From Bythopirellula sp. (GTDB lineage Bacteria; Planctomycetota; Planctomycetia; Pirellulales; Lacipirellulaceae), in contig CBDCZS010000003.1 in the NCBI GenBank assembly GCA_965224625.1, positions 42,661 through 106,660 of the forward strand: a DNA stretch of 64,000 nucleotides, given 5' to 3'. The position numbers were made by a program, and so were the translations under genes. The notes beneath the pieces were generated by a model. That model searched no databases and was not told the origin of the DNA. It was given only the letters and a program-made list of their open reading frames with translations. How positions within the stretch are numbered: position 1 is the stretch's first letter; the number at the start of each line of letters is the position of its first letter. This document shows positions 26,958-36,171 of the stretch, in pieces.

Positions 26958-29900
26958 ATGAATTACCGTTCAGCTGTGGTTGTTTTGGCAGGTTTGCTTT
27001 TTGTCGGCGCGGTCGTTTATTTCTGGCAAAAGGCAGACGTGCAAGAGCGGACGGACGGGGCCTCCGCAAAAATTCCGAACGCACCTGAAAACAAGAGTGC
27101 CCAAGTCTCTCCAAAAACCAAGTTGCCAACTCAGCCTCCGAGCAAGTCGGCAAAACCCTCGACCCAAAGTCAGTTCTCTGCGCCGGCCATTCTTACGGCT
27201 ATCGAGCGGCTCGAGTCGAAACGCGACGCGAAATGCCATTCGTCGGCATGTCGGTTCGAGAATTTTTTATCGGGCACGCCGCTGACCGACGAGGGTCGTG
27301 CCGAACGAATCGAACGCCAAGGACAATTTGTCCGATGGATTTGGGCGGCTGCTTCGCGTAAGGCTATTCTGGCAAACGAGTCTACGGTGACGCGGGCACA
27401 TGTTGACGCGATTGTCGAAACGGCAGTTCGCAGCGAGGACGATTTGGAAGGTAATCTGCGAATGACCTTTGGCGAGCAGCCTTCCCTGATCGTGTCGAAA
27501 GTGCGATTCAGACAGTACGCTTCCATTGCTTACTCGCTACGCGCGATTTTGAGCGTGCAACAAGAATCGCTGATTTTTTCCGACGAATCGCTGGCAAAGC
27601 TTGACGACAGCGGCGTTGATGCGATTCGACACGCCTTAGACTTGGTCACGGTTAGCGTCCTAATGAAAGCAGACCGAGAGGCGCGCGATCACAATGTTTC
27701 AGAAATCGACCAAGCAGCCATGTCGACTGCGTGGACGACCTTAGTCCCCGGGCTGGCCGAAAAGATGGTTGGCGATTCGGGAACGGCCAGCGAGAGCAGA
27801 ACACCGGATGCTGAAGCGACACAGAAGCAAGCGTTGAGCGTGTTGACTGAGATCATTGCTAAAAAGATTACCGCCTATGAATCGTACAATCAAATTTCGA
27901 TCCAAGAAGCAAACTCGTTATTCAACAACAACCTCGTCCGGTTTTATGCACGCTATCCTATGGCCGAAGAAGGGCCAGACGCAGGTGCTTGGGCTCGTCC
28001 GTTTCGGATCGAGATGGTTGATTTTGTGCGACGGCTCCTCCAAGAATCTCAACGTCATGCCACACAATCGAAACATGCGTTGATTCGTACACGCGATGTG
28101 CAGCAGGCCGTTCAGCAACTCACGCCCCACGAAATTGACGAGTTCGAGGACGTGCATTTTTTTACGCGACTCGCATCGCAACACCGAATCACGTTGGAGT
28201 CGTACGACTGCGATTCGTTTCGCGATTTTGGTTTGCATTGGAAAATTTTGTACGCAGGGATCAACGAAACGCCCAATTGGACGCTTGTCCCCGACCCGTT
28301 TGCGGCAGAAATCGTTGCCGAGGCGATTTCGCAATACGGAGTACTCTTGTGTCGAGCAGCGGGCCAGCTCGCTGAACACCGTCAGATCGGCCACTTACTT
28401 GGAATCGACATTCGCGAAAGTGCTGAGTTGCTGCGTGCAAAATCGTCTGCGCATCACGCAGCCCCCGAAGTCTCTGCCACAACGACCTCGATCGCCTCAG
28501 CTCAAACCAACGAATCGCAAGAAGGTCCTGCCAGCTATTTTTCGGAAGCAACGGCGGAGTCGAACGTCGTTTTTCTGCATCGGACGTCCGCGTGGCTTAG
28601 CAAGTTTCGCCGCGACATTCCTGCGAGTCCGCCGACTTTTTCGGGCGGAGGTGTCGCGGCCGAAGATATCAATAACGATGGCCATGTCGATCTGCTTTTT
28701 GTCGGCGGCCATGGGAATGCCTTGATGCTCAATGACGGAGCCGGACACTTTCGGGACATCACCGAATCGGCAGGCATCCAGTTCCGTCGACCCGACGGCA
28801 CCTATGGCGAAGCGCGTCAGCCGTTGATTGTTGACTTCGATAATGATGGCTGGCGCGACATTTTGATTACCTACGCCAACGATGCCCATCGGCTTTATCG
28901 TAACCTGGATGGCGAAAAATTTGAGGAGGTGACGGCGAAAGCAGGCTTGGGAGGCGAAGGATTGGTTGGCGGAGCAGCGACGGTATTCGACTTTGATGGC
29001 GATGGGCTGCTGGATGTCTATATCTGTAATTTTGGCGACTATCTCAATGGGGCTATTCCCAAGAACGATCGTAGTAGTACCAATGCCCTCGCCAACCGAT
29101 TGTTTCGCAACCTGGGGGATATGAAGTTCCAAGAGGTGACAGAAACAGGTGACGCGGCGGACACGGGGTGGGCACAAGCGGTGTCGCATACTGATTTCGA
29201 CAGGGATGGTCGGCAGGACATTATTGTGGCGAACGATTTTGGCCGTAACGCGTTTTTGCGCAACCTGGGTGAGGGACGTTTTGAGAATGTGGCTCCGGAG
29301 CTTGGCCTGAACAAAGCTTTCCACTCGATGAATGTTGGTGTTTGCGACTTGAATCGCGACGATTTTCCGGACGTGTACATTTCCAACATCGCCACGTTGG
29401 TTAAGGACAATAAGTACGTGATTCCCGACGCCGAGACGCCGTTGAATTTTGACCGCGAGCATATGGCGACGATGCTTGTCAAGGAATATGACGTGCTCTA
29501 TCTGTCGAAGGCCAAGGATAATAAGCTCGTCAGCTACGTGCCAGCGACCAATTTCCAGCGTGGTCCCACGTCGACCGGCTGGGCCTGGGACGCCGAGTTT
29601 TTTGACCTTGATAACGATGGCGATGACGATCTGTATGTCGTCAACGGCGTGAATGATTACAAATTCTTCGCCACTTTCTACAAACAAGAGGCCGGCGATG
29701 GCAACGCTAAGCTTTTCCGTGAGGCACACGCTCAAGAATCGAATGTCGTGTTTATCAACGAGGAGGGCGAATTCAAAAATCGCTCGTTGCAAAGCGGAGC
29801 TGATTTTGTCGGCAACTCGCGAAGCACGGCCTATCTCGACATCGACGGGGACGGCGACCTGGATGTGGCTGTCAATAATTTTCATGCTCCAGCAACCCTA

Positions 29901-30227
29901 CTGCGTAACCATGCCGAACAGCGAGGAAACCATTGGGCCAAAGTGAAGCTCGTCGGCGATCCGAAAAAGCAAACCAACCGCGATGCGGTCGGCGCGCGCA
30001 TGATCGCGATCACTGCGGCGGGAATGGCAACGACGCGTGAGATTCAGTGCGGCTCGGGCTATCTTTCCATGAATCCCAAGGAGCAGCATTTTGGTTTGGG
30101 CGAGTCGAGTACCTTCGACCTACAGATTGTCTGGCCCAATGGAGACCGACAGAGCCTAGAAGACTTAGCCGCGAATCATACCCATGTGGTCCATCAAGGG
30201 TCAAGCGACGTGGAATCGACCGAGTAG
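26958..30227 (+). CDS. Membrane-anchored/exported FG-GAP + ASPIC/UnbV (CRTAC1-like) protein with four N-terminal histone-fold-like repeats
   Basis: ATG 26958 after SD aaggt; hydrophobic helix AVVVLAGLLFVGAVVYFW; Pro/Ser/Lys linker; repeats at 27282-27416, 27600-27734, 27978-28112 and 28290-28424; multiple DxNxDGxxD FG-GAP motifs from about 28650; C-terminal NRDAVGAR...GSGYLS...HFGLG ASPIC/UnbV motifs. The FG-GAP/ASPIC call is firm; the histone-fold call is a by-eye alignment. Confidence 0.85.
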   Translation: MNYRSAVVVLAGLLFVGAVVYFWQKADVQERTDGASAKIPNAPENKSAQVSPKTKLPTQPPSKSAKPSTQSQFSAPAILTAIERLESKRDAKCHSSACRFENFLSGTPLTDEGRAERIERQGQFVRWIWAAASRKAILANESTVTRAHVDAIVETAVRSEDDLEGNLRMTFGEQPSLIVSKVRFRQYASIAYSLRAILSVQQESLIFSDESLAKLDDSGVDAIRHALDLVTVSVLMKADREARDHNVSEIDQAAMSTAWTTLVPGLAEKMVGDSGTASESRTPDAEATQKQALSVLTEIIAKKITAYESYNQISIQEANSLFNNNLVRFYARYPMAEEGPDAGAWARPFRIEMVDFVRRLLQESQRHATQSKHALIRTRDVQQAVQQLTPHEIDEFEDVHFFTRLASQHRITLESYDCDSFRDFGLHWKILYAGINETPNWTLVPDPFAAEIVAEAISQYGVLLCRAAGQLAEHRQIGHLLGIDIRESAELLRAKSSAHHAAPEVSATTTSIASAQTNESQEGPASYFSEATAESNVVFLHRTSAWLSKFRRDIPASPPTFSGGGVAAEDINNDGHVDLLFVGGHGNALMLNDGAGHFRDITESAGIQFRRPDGTYGEARQPLIVDFDNDGWRDILITYANDAHRLYRNLDGEKFEEVTAKAGLGGEGLVGGAATVFDFDGDGLLDVYICNFGDYLNGAIPKNDRSSTNALANRLFRNLGDMKFQEVTETGDAADTGWAQAVSHTDFDRDGRQDIIVANDFGRNAFLRNLGEGRFENVAPELGLNKAFHSMNVGVCDLNRDDFPDVYISNIATLVKDNKYVIPDAETPLNFDREHMATMLVKEYDVLYLSKAKDNKLVSYVPATNFQRGPTSTGWAWDAEFFDLDNDGDDDLYVVNGVNDYKFFATFYKQEAGDGNAKLFREAHAQESNVVFINEEGEFKNRSLQSGADFVGNSRSTAYLDIDGDGDLDVAVNNFHAPATLLRNHAEQRGNHWAKVKLVGDPKKQTNRDAVGARMIAITAAGMATTREIQCGSGYLSMNPKEQHFGLGESSTFDLQIVWPNGDRQSLEDLAANHTHVVHQGSSDVESTE

Positions 30228-30247
30228 GTTACGGATTCGTTGGGGAC

Positions 30248-32734
30248 TTATGGTTTTTCTGCTTTGGAAGACATCAACAGGGCGATGAGATCGCGTAGGT
30301 CGTCGATTGTCATGAGCTTGTCGAGTCCGCTGGGCATGATCGAGGTGTCGGAGAGGGTACGTGATTCGATGGTGTCGCTTGGTAGCGAAAAGAGTTTTCC
30401 GTCGGAGTCATAATAATGTTCGATTCCGTTGTCGCCGGGGCTGTCGGCGGGCAGGCCGATGTAGACCTTTCCGGCGTCGGAGAGCAGTACCCAGGGGGTG
30501 TACTGCATATCAATTTCGTCGCTCGGTTGAAGGATCGAAGTCAGGATACGGCGGCGTGACTGCTGCCGTCCTAGGAGCGTGAGGTCGGGTGCGAGTGTTC
30601 CGCCGCGTCCCTCAAAGCGATGGCAGCGCGAGCAAAGTGGTCCTGCGGGGCTAAAGAAAAGTCGTCGGCCCGCGTCGGGGTCGCCCGGCTGTTCGACCAG
30701 CGCAAGCCACGCATTGATGTCGGTGGCTGGGGGTCTGTTTTGATCTGGGGCGTGGCTGGGTTGGCTCAGCCGTAGTGCGCGGACCGCTTCTTTTTTGAGC
30801 GTTTGGTTGTTGTTCTTGGCTAGCGATTGCAGTAGTGCGTGATATTGGTCGCCGCCGCTAGCCAAGCCCATGATGGCCTCAAGGCGAACCGGCAGATCGG
30901 ATTGATCGCTTTTGGCAATCGCTGCTAGCTTGGTATATTTTTCTGGCCGACTTTGTTGTACGAGCGTTCGCACTGCTTCCAATCGCAGAGCGGCATCGTC
31001 GTGGCTCAGCAGGTCGTCCAATCGCGAAGGTGTCAGGCAGGCGTGATCGGGTGCCAGTAGACGGAGGATCAACGATTGGACCGAAGGAGGTCGGTTTCCT
31101 GTTTCGAGTTCCTTAGCAAGCAGCGATTCGGCGATGCCACCCTTGCTGGGCACCGCACCTTGGTCGAGCCAGTCGACGGCTGCCAGATAGACCAAATACT
31201 CTTGGGCGTTAATGTCTTGTGTGCCAAGTAGCTGCTCAATTTTGTCGCGGTACTCGCGCAAGCCTAGCTCGGCAATCCAACGGACGGCGAACATGCGAAC
31301 CGTTGCGTGCGAATCCCTCAGCGCGGCCTCGATCATTTTTTGCGTGGGCGTTTCTTGCCCCCAGTGCAAGGCTTCCAGGACGCCAAGACGGTGCTTCGGG
31401 GCGGATAGCTTTTTCCAATCTAGAGTGGCCAAAGCATTCGGCTGTTGTGCAAATCCAAAGATGGCCGCCTGTCTTAAAAATGGGTCGGAAGCACCGAGCG
31501 CGTCCATTTCGGGTTGACTCTGTAACTGCTTTGCACGCTTTTCGGCATTGTTTTCGGCAGGAAAAGGGGAGGGGGGGTCGTCGGATGTGTCTCGGCGCGA
31601 CAATCGCCAAATGCGACCTTTGCCGTGAACCGGATAGCTGCGATCGACCCAGTCGCTGATGTAGAGCGAACCGTCGGGGGCTGGTGCCAAGCCGACAGGG
31701 CGGAAATCGGTGTTGCCCTGGACGATGGTTTTGCGCATCGCTCGAAACGTCGCACCGTTTGGCTCGAGTTGATAGGCTCGAACGGCATGGTCGACCCAAC
31801 TGGCTATCCAAAGCTCGCCACGATAGGGTTTGATGTCGCAGGGCGACTCGCCGATGCCGCAGACCATGCCCAGGGTGCCGGGCAGTTGGCCGTTGCGAGA
31901 TTGAAGCGGGTTGCGCCCGTCTCGTCCAAATCGTGTTTGAAATCCATAGTCGCCACTTGGTACGATGTGGAGTAACTGACAAGGAGGGCTGGAGTCGGGG
32001 TCGTTTTCGGTACAGAAAATGCGGTCGTAAGGGTCGACACATAGGCCCCAAGGGTTCCAAAGTCCGGTGGCGATTCGCTCGAGCTTCGTACCATCTTTCT
32101 GGCAGCGAAAGACCGCTCCGCCATCGCCTTCTCCGGCAAAGGAGGTTCCGTCGCTGCCGACGACGCGATAGGGCTTGCCTGTGTTTTTCCCCAAGCTGAA
32201 TAGCAGGGTCGAGTCGCTGGCAAAACAGAGGCCCACGAGTGCGCTGTGCGCTTTATTTTCCTTGCACTCCAAGCGAATGATCTCGGTTTGCTCGTCGGCT
32301 TGATCGTCGGAGTCGGTGTCGCGTAGGCGCAGGATCGCTTTGCTTGTGACGACATAAACGTCTGGGCCGTGGACGGTGAGGTTCAGCGCGTAGCGAAGCC
32401 CTTCGTGAAACGTCGACCAATGGTCGAAGCGGCCATCGCCGTCGGTGTCTTGGAGCATCCGAATGCGGTCGGTCGACGGCCCTTCGTAATCTTCGGGCCG
32501 CTTGTGCGTATGCGATTCAACCACGAGCAGGCGTCCACGAGCGTCGATGGCGATACCGATCGGCGTGACGATGTCTGGCTGCTCGGCCACGAGTTCGAGT
32601 TGCCAACGCTCGTCGGTGGCGCGAACTTCGATCACCTCTGCTAATGCAATAGGGACGATTGCCAAAAATCCAGCGACGACACCGAGGGCTTGGCCTAAAC
32701 GACGGGTTACACGAAGTGGCATATCGAATATCAT
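30248..32734 (-). CDS. PVC-type heme-binding CxxCH membrane-bound dehydrogenase-like protein (beta-propeller + HEAT repeats + cytochrome c)
   Basis: EPxIVTPIGIAIDARGRLLVVE-like start, DTDGDGRFD, GLWNPWG, APDGSLYISDW, heme motif CSRCH, GxxLAPDLT, SILQPS. Confidence 0.92.
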   Translation of the reverse strand: MIFDMPLRVTRRLGQALGVVAGFLAIVPIALAEVIEVRATDERWQLELVAEQPDIVTPIGIAIDARGRLLVVESHTHKRPEDYEGPSTDRIRMLQDTDGDGRFDHWSTFHEGLRYALNLTVHGPDVYVVTSKAILRLRDTDSDDQADEQTEIIRLECKENKAHSALVGLCFASDSTLLFSLGKNTGKPYRVVGSDGTSFAGEGDGGAVFRCQKDGTKLERIATGLWNPWGLCVDPYDRIFCTENDPDSSPPCQLLHIVPSGDYGFQTRFGRDGRNPLQSRNGQLPGTLGMVCGIGESPCDIKPYRGELWIASWVDHAVRAYQLEPNGATFRAMRKTIVQGNTDFRPVGLAPAPDGSLYISDWVDRSYPVHGKGRIWRLSRRDTSDDPPSPFPAENNAEKRAKQLQSQPEMDALGASDPFLRQAAIFGFAQQPNALATLDWKKLSAPKHRLGVLEALHWGQETPTQKMIEAALRDSHATVRMFAVRWIAELGLREYRDKIEQLLGTQDINAQEYLVYLAAVDWLDQGAVPSKGGIAESLLAKELETGNRPPSVQSLILRLLAPDHACLTPSRLDDLLSHDDAALRLEAVRTLVQQSRPEKYTKLAAIAKSDQSDLPVRLEAIMGLASGGDQYHALLQSLAKNNNQTLKKEAVRALRLSQPSHAPDQNRPPATDINAWLALVEQPGDPDAGRRLFFSPAGPLCSRCHRFEGRGGTLAPDLTLLGRQQSRRRILTSILQPSDEIDMQYTPWVLLSDAGKVYIGLPADSPGDNGIEHYYDSDGKLFSLPSDTIESRTLSDTSIMPSGLDKLMTIDDLRDLIALLMSSKAEKP

Positions 32735-32878
32735 GGGGGCCTGGGAGTTCGAGAACTTTTACGGATTGTTTCCTTTCTGACTTATCGTAGTCCAATTTCT
32801 ACCCTTGCAACAACTGACATAAAAATTGTCTAAGCGGTTTTTCCTCGTAACCTAGAAAAGCTGCTCTGGAGTCCACGC

Positions 32879-33790
32879 ATGAAACCTAGTTTCGATCGGC
32901 GACGTTTTGTTGCAGGCTCGTTGGCTGCTGCTGGCACTCTGGCTTTGGGAAACCCACTTTCCACCGCGCAACAGTCCTCTGCCAAAAACGACCCGGCCTC
33001 GCAATACGAGATCTGTGCATTTATTAAATTTTTGCAGTCTTTGAGCTACGAGGAGTTGGCGACGACAATCGCCGAGTTGGGCTTCGACGGGGTCGAGGCG
33101 ACTGTGCGCCGAGGCGGCTATATCTTGCCCGAACAGGCTGCCGACGAGTTGCCCAAATTTGCCGAAGTGCTCGGCAAGCACGGATTAAAAATTTCGCTCC
33201 TGACAACCGACATCCTACGGGTCGAGCAGCCGCACGCCGAGCAAACCCTGCGCACGGCGGCCGCCTTGGGAATCAAGAAATATCGTCTTGGATTTCATGT
33301 CTATGATCTTCAAAAGCCCATTCTCGATCAGCTCGAAAAACTTCGACCGACCTTTGCCGACCTTGCCTCGCTTAATCGAGACCTTGGAATCGCGGGCCTC
33401 TATCAAAATCATGCGGGTGCCCATTACGTCAGCGCTACGATTTGGGATCTGCGCAGTCTGCTCCAAGAGTACCCTAAGGAAGTGTTGGGCAACGTGTTTG
33501 ACTTCCGTCATGCGACGGTCGAGGCGAGCCAGGCTTGGCCGGTGCTTTATGACGTGATCAAGCCGCACATCGCGGCCCTTTCGGTCAAAGATTTTCGCCG
33601 GGAAGGGCGCAAGGCCATCAACGTTCCGCTGGGCACGGGGCTAATCGACCCTGGATTCTTCAAGCGGATGCAACCCACCGATTTCAACGGCCCGATTTCG
33701 GTTCACATTGAATACCTCGAAAAAGAAGGCGTCAAAGAAAACGTTCTGGCACTCAAAAACGACCTCCGTACACTTCGGTCTTGGCTGTAG
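32879..33790 (+). CDS. Sugar phosphate isomerase/epimerase TIM-barrel protein with Tat signal
   Basis: FDRRRFV twin-arginine motif; GFDGVEATVR, YQNHAG, FDFRH, SVKDF and HIEY. Confidence 0.87.
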   Translation: MKPSFDRRRFVAGSLAAAGTLALGNPLSTAQQSSAKNDPASQYEICAFIKFLQSLSYEELATTIAELGFDGVEATVRRGGYILPEQAADELPKFAEVLGKHGLKISLLTTDILRVEQPHAEQTLRTAAALGIKKYRLGFHVYDLQKPILDQLEKLRPTFADLASLNRDLGIAGLYQNHAGAHYVSATIWDLRSLLQEYPKEVLGNVFDFRHATVEASQAWPVLYDVIKPHIAALSVKDFRREGRKAINVPLGTGLIDPGFFKRMQPTDFNGPISVHIEYLEKEGVKENVLALKNDLRTLRSWL

Positions 33791-33828
33791 ATTTTGGTTG
33801 TCGATACCTCAAGGAGTAAAGCAAAAAA

Positions 33829-34872
33829 ATGATTCGCGTAGGAATTGCAGGCGTTGGTTTCATGGGCTGGATTCATTGGCTTGCCTATCAAAAAGTCCCC
33901 GGGATTCAGGTCGCTGCGATTTGTTCGCGCGACAGCAAAAAGCGGCGCGGCGATTGGCGCGGCATCCAAGGCAATTTTGGACCGCCTGGCGAGAAGGTCG
34001 ACCTTAAGGGGATCGCCGCTTACGACAGTTTTGAAGCGATGCTCGCCGATCCGAAGCTGGACCTCATTGACATCACCTTGCCGCCGGCGATGCACGCCGA
34101 TGCGGTCATCCAAGCGCTGCGCGCTGGCAAGCATGTATTCTGCGAAAAGCCGCTTGCGCTGGAAGTCAGTGATTGTCGGCGTATGACCAAAGTTGCCAGG
34201 GAATCGAAGAAGCAGCTTTTGGTTGCCCATGTGTTGCCGTTCACGCCTGAGTATGCCTGGGCCTACAAGACGGCGACCAGCGGCAAATATGGAAAGCTGC
34301 TGGGTGGCACCTTCAAGCGGGTGATCTCCGACCCGAGTTGGATTCCCGATTTTTGGGCTGCCGGCAAGACGGGCGGTCCGATGCTTGACCTGCATGTCCA
34401 CGATACGCACTTTATTCAGTTGCTCTTTGGCAAGCCGCGCGCCGTCTCGACTTGTGGACGCGTGCGTGACGGGCTGGCCGAGTATTTCCATACGCACTTT
34501 AGTTTTGCCGACAAGCAAATTGCTGTGCAAGCGACCAGCGGAACGATTGACCAACAGGGGCGACCCTTTGTCCACGGATTTGAGATCCATTTGGAGAAGG
34601 CCACACTCTTGTTTGAATTCGGCGTGGTGGGTGGCGAAGGGAGCTACGCTTACGAGCCTACGCTGTTGAACTCGCAGGGACGTGCGCTGCGTCCCAAACT
34701 CTCAGACGGCGATCCGCTCAAAGCGTTCCAGGCTGAAATCAAGGAGTTAGTCCGTTGCATCCGAAGTGATGTCGACTCACCAATTCTTAATGTTGCACTA
34801 GCGCAAGATGCCGTCGCGCTCTGCCATCAACAAAACACCAGCCTGCGAAGCGGCCGCAAAGTCACCGTATAG
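33829..34872 (+). CDS. Gfo/Idh/MocA family oxidoreductase
   Basis: IRVGIAGVGFMG; GKHVFCEKP; GGPMLDLHVHD. Confidence 0.92.
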   Translation: MIRVGIAGVGFMGWIHWLAYQKVPGIQVAAICSRDSKKRRGDWRGIQGNFGPPGEKVDLKGIAAYDSFEAMLADPKLDLIDITLPPAMHADAVIQALRAGKHVFCEKPLALEVSDCRRMTKVARESKKQLLVAHVLPFTPEYAWAYKTATSGKYGKLLGGTFKRVISDPSWIPDFWAAGKTGGPMLDLHVHDTHFIQLLFGKPRAVSTCGRVRDGLAEYFHTHFSFADKQIAVQATSGTIDQQGRPFVHGFEIHLEKATLLFEFGVVGGEGSYAYEPTLLNSQGRALRPKLSDGDPLKAFQAEIKELVRCIRSDVDSPILNVALAQDAVALCHQQNTSLRSGRKVTV

Positions 34873-34907
34873 CGAGGCCCCAATATTGAGACGCCAGTGG
34901 GGAGGCC

Positions 34908-36005
34908 CTAGCCGTTGAGCCATTGGTCGAGATGTTGGGCAACAAAATCGTTGTCGATCAAGTCGGGATAGGCGGCCTCGATTCGATCCAGCTCTGAGGC
35001 TTGCCCCGGGCTAAGCACTTCGTCTGGATCGAGGCAGCCAATGTTTTCGAGCAATCCCTGGCGACGCAACACTTCGTGAATGCCAGGGATGCAGCCCGCA
35101 AAACCATTGGCCGCATCGAACAACACCGCATTGGCATCGGTCACCGCCAGGTTGAGCCGGAGCATTTCCAGTGGAATCTCCGCGCTGTCGTTAGCGACCA
35201 CTTGGTGGCATTGTTCGAGAAGTTCGACCGCTTTGGAGGTCCAAACCGACCAGTGTCCTAGCAAACCGCCAACGATGCGGCGTTCTGCAAGTTGATTGCC
35301 CACTTGAAAGCGATAGGGCGTCAGCAAGTCCAGCACAATGTTATCGTCGTTGCCCGTGTAGAGCGCAATATCGTCGCGTCCGCTTTCGGCGACAGCCCGC
35401 ACGACGTCGATCGTTTGATAACGATTGAACGGCGCCATTTTGATAGCGCGGACATTCGGAATCTCGCAGAACTTGCACCAAAAATCATACGAAAGCTCGA
35501 TCCCGCCCGCCGCTCCTTGCAAATAAAACCCAAACAGGTCGATCGTTTCGGCAACCGATCGGCAATGCGCAACGATTTGTTCGAGCGATTGGCCGGCCAG
35601 TGCTTTGAGGTTGAGCAAACCAAGATGATAGCCCAGGTCGCGTGCCAAGGTCGCCTCGCGGACGGCTTGCTCGGTCGAACCGCAGATTCCGGCAACGCGA
35701 ATCAGGGGTTTTTCTGTCCTGTTCGACGCATCGGCGCGATCCATCTCCTCGGCAGCCAACTGCAACACAGGTTGGAGTAGGCCTACCTTGGGGTCATGGA
35801 TTTGAAACTGAGTGGTATGCACCCCGACGGCCAAACCGCCCACGCCCGATGCGAGATAGTAGCGGCTCAAGGCACGCTGGCGTCGCTCGTCTAGCTTTCG
35901 GTTGGCATCGAGCGCCAGCGGGTGGGCTGGAATGGCAACGCCTTGTCGCAGGACGTCCAGGATTTTTGCTTGGGTCTCGCTGGGCGAATCGTTAGTATTT
36001 TCCAT
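34908..36005 (-). CDS. Dihydrodipicolinate synthase/aldolase family (DapA-like TIM barrel) protein
   Basis: Probable ATG 36005; GLAVGVHTTQF; FGFYLQ; Schiff-base lysine in AIKMAPF; LYTGND. Confidence 0.85.
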   Translation of the reverse strand: MENTNDSPSETQAKILDVLRQGVAIPAHPLALDANRKLDERRQRALSRYYLASGVGGLAVGVHTTQFQIHDPKVGLLQPVLQLAAEEMDRADASNRTEKPLIRVAGICGSTEQAVREATLARDLGYHLGLLNLKALAGQSLEQIVAHCRSVAETIDLFGFYLQGAAGGIELSYDFWCKFCEIPNVRAIKMAPFNRYQTIDVVRAVAESGRDDIALYTGNDDNIVLDLLTPYRFQVGNQLAERRIVGGLLGHWSVWTSKAVELLEQCHQVVANDSAEIPLEMLRLNLAVTDANAVLFDAANGFAGCIPGIHEVLRRQGLLENIGCLDPDEVLSPGQASELDRIEAAYPDLIDNDFVAQHLDQWLNG

Positions 36006-36171
36006 CGGCCACCTCAAAATGCGTGGACTTACCGTGAGACGTACCGCCACGCATGATCCGGTCGGCGGTCATTTCGATCCTCTCGTCAGGCTGAATTGGA
36101 CGCGATAAATCCGGGGAAAGGCGGGCATTCTACCATGCAAAGTGCGGGAAAACGAGGTGAAAGCAGCAGGC

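Noticed and set aside
27234-27251. Heme-binding motif in KCHSSAC
   Set aside because: The order is C-H-x3-C, not CxxCH; at most a disulfide or metal pair.
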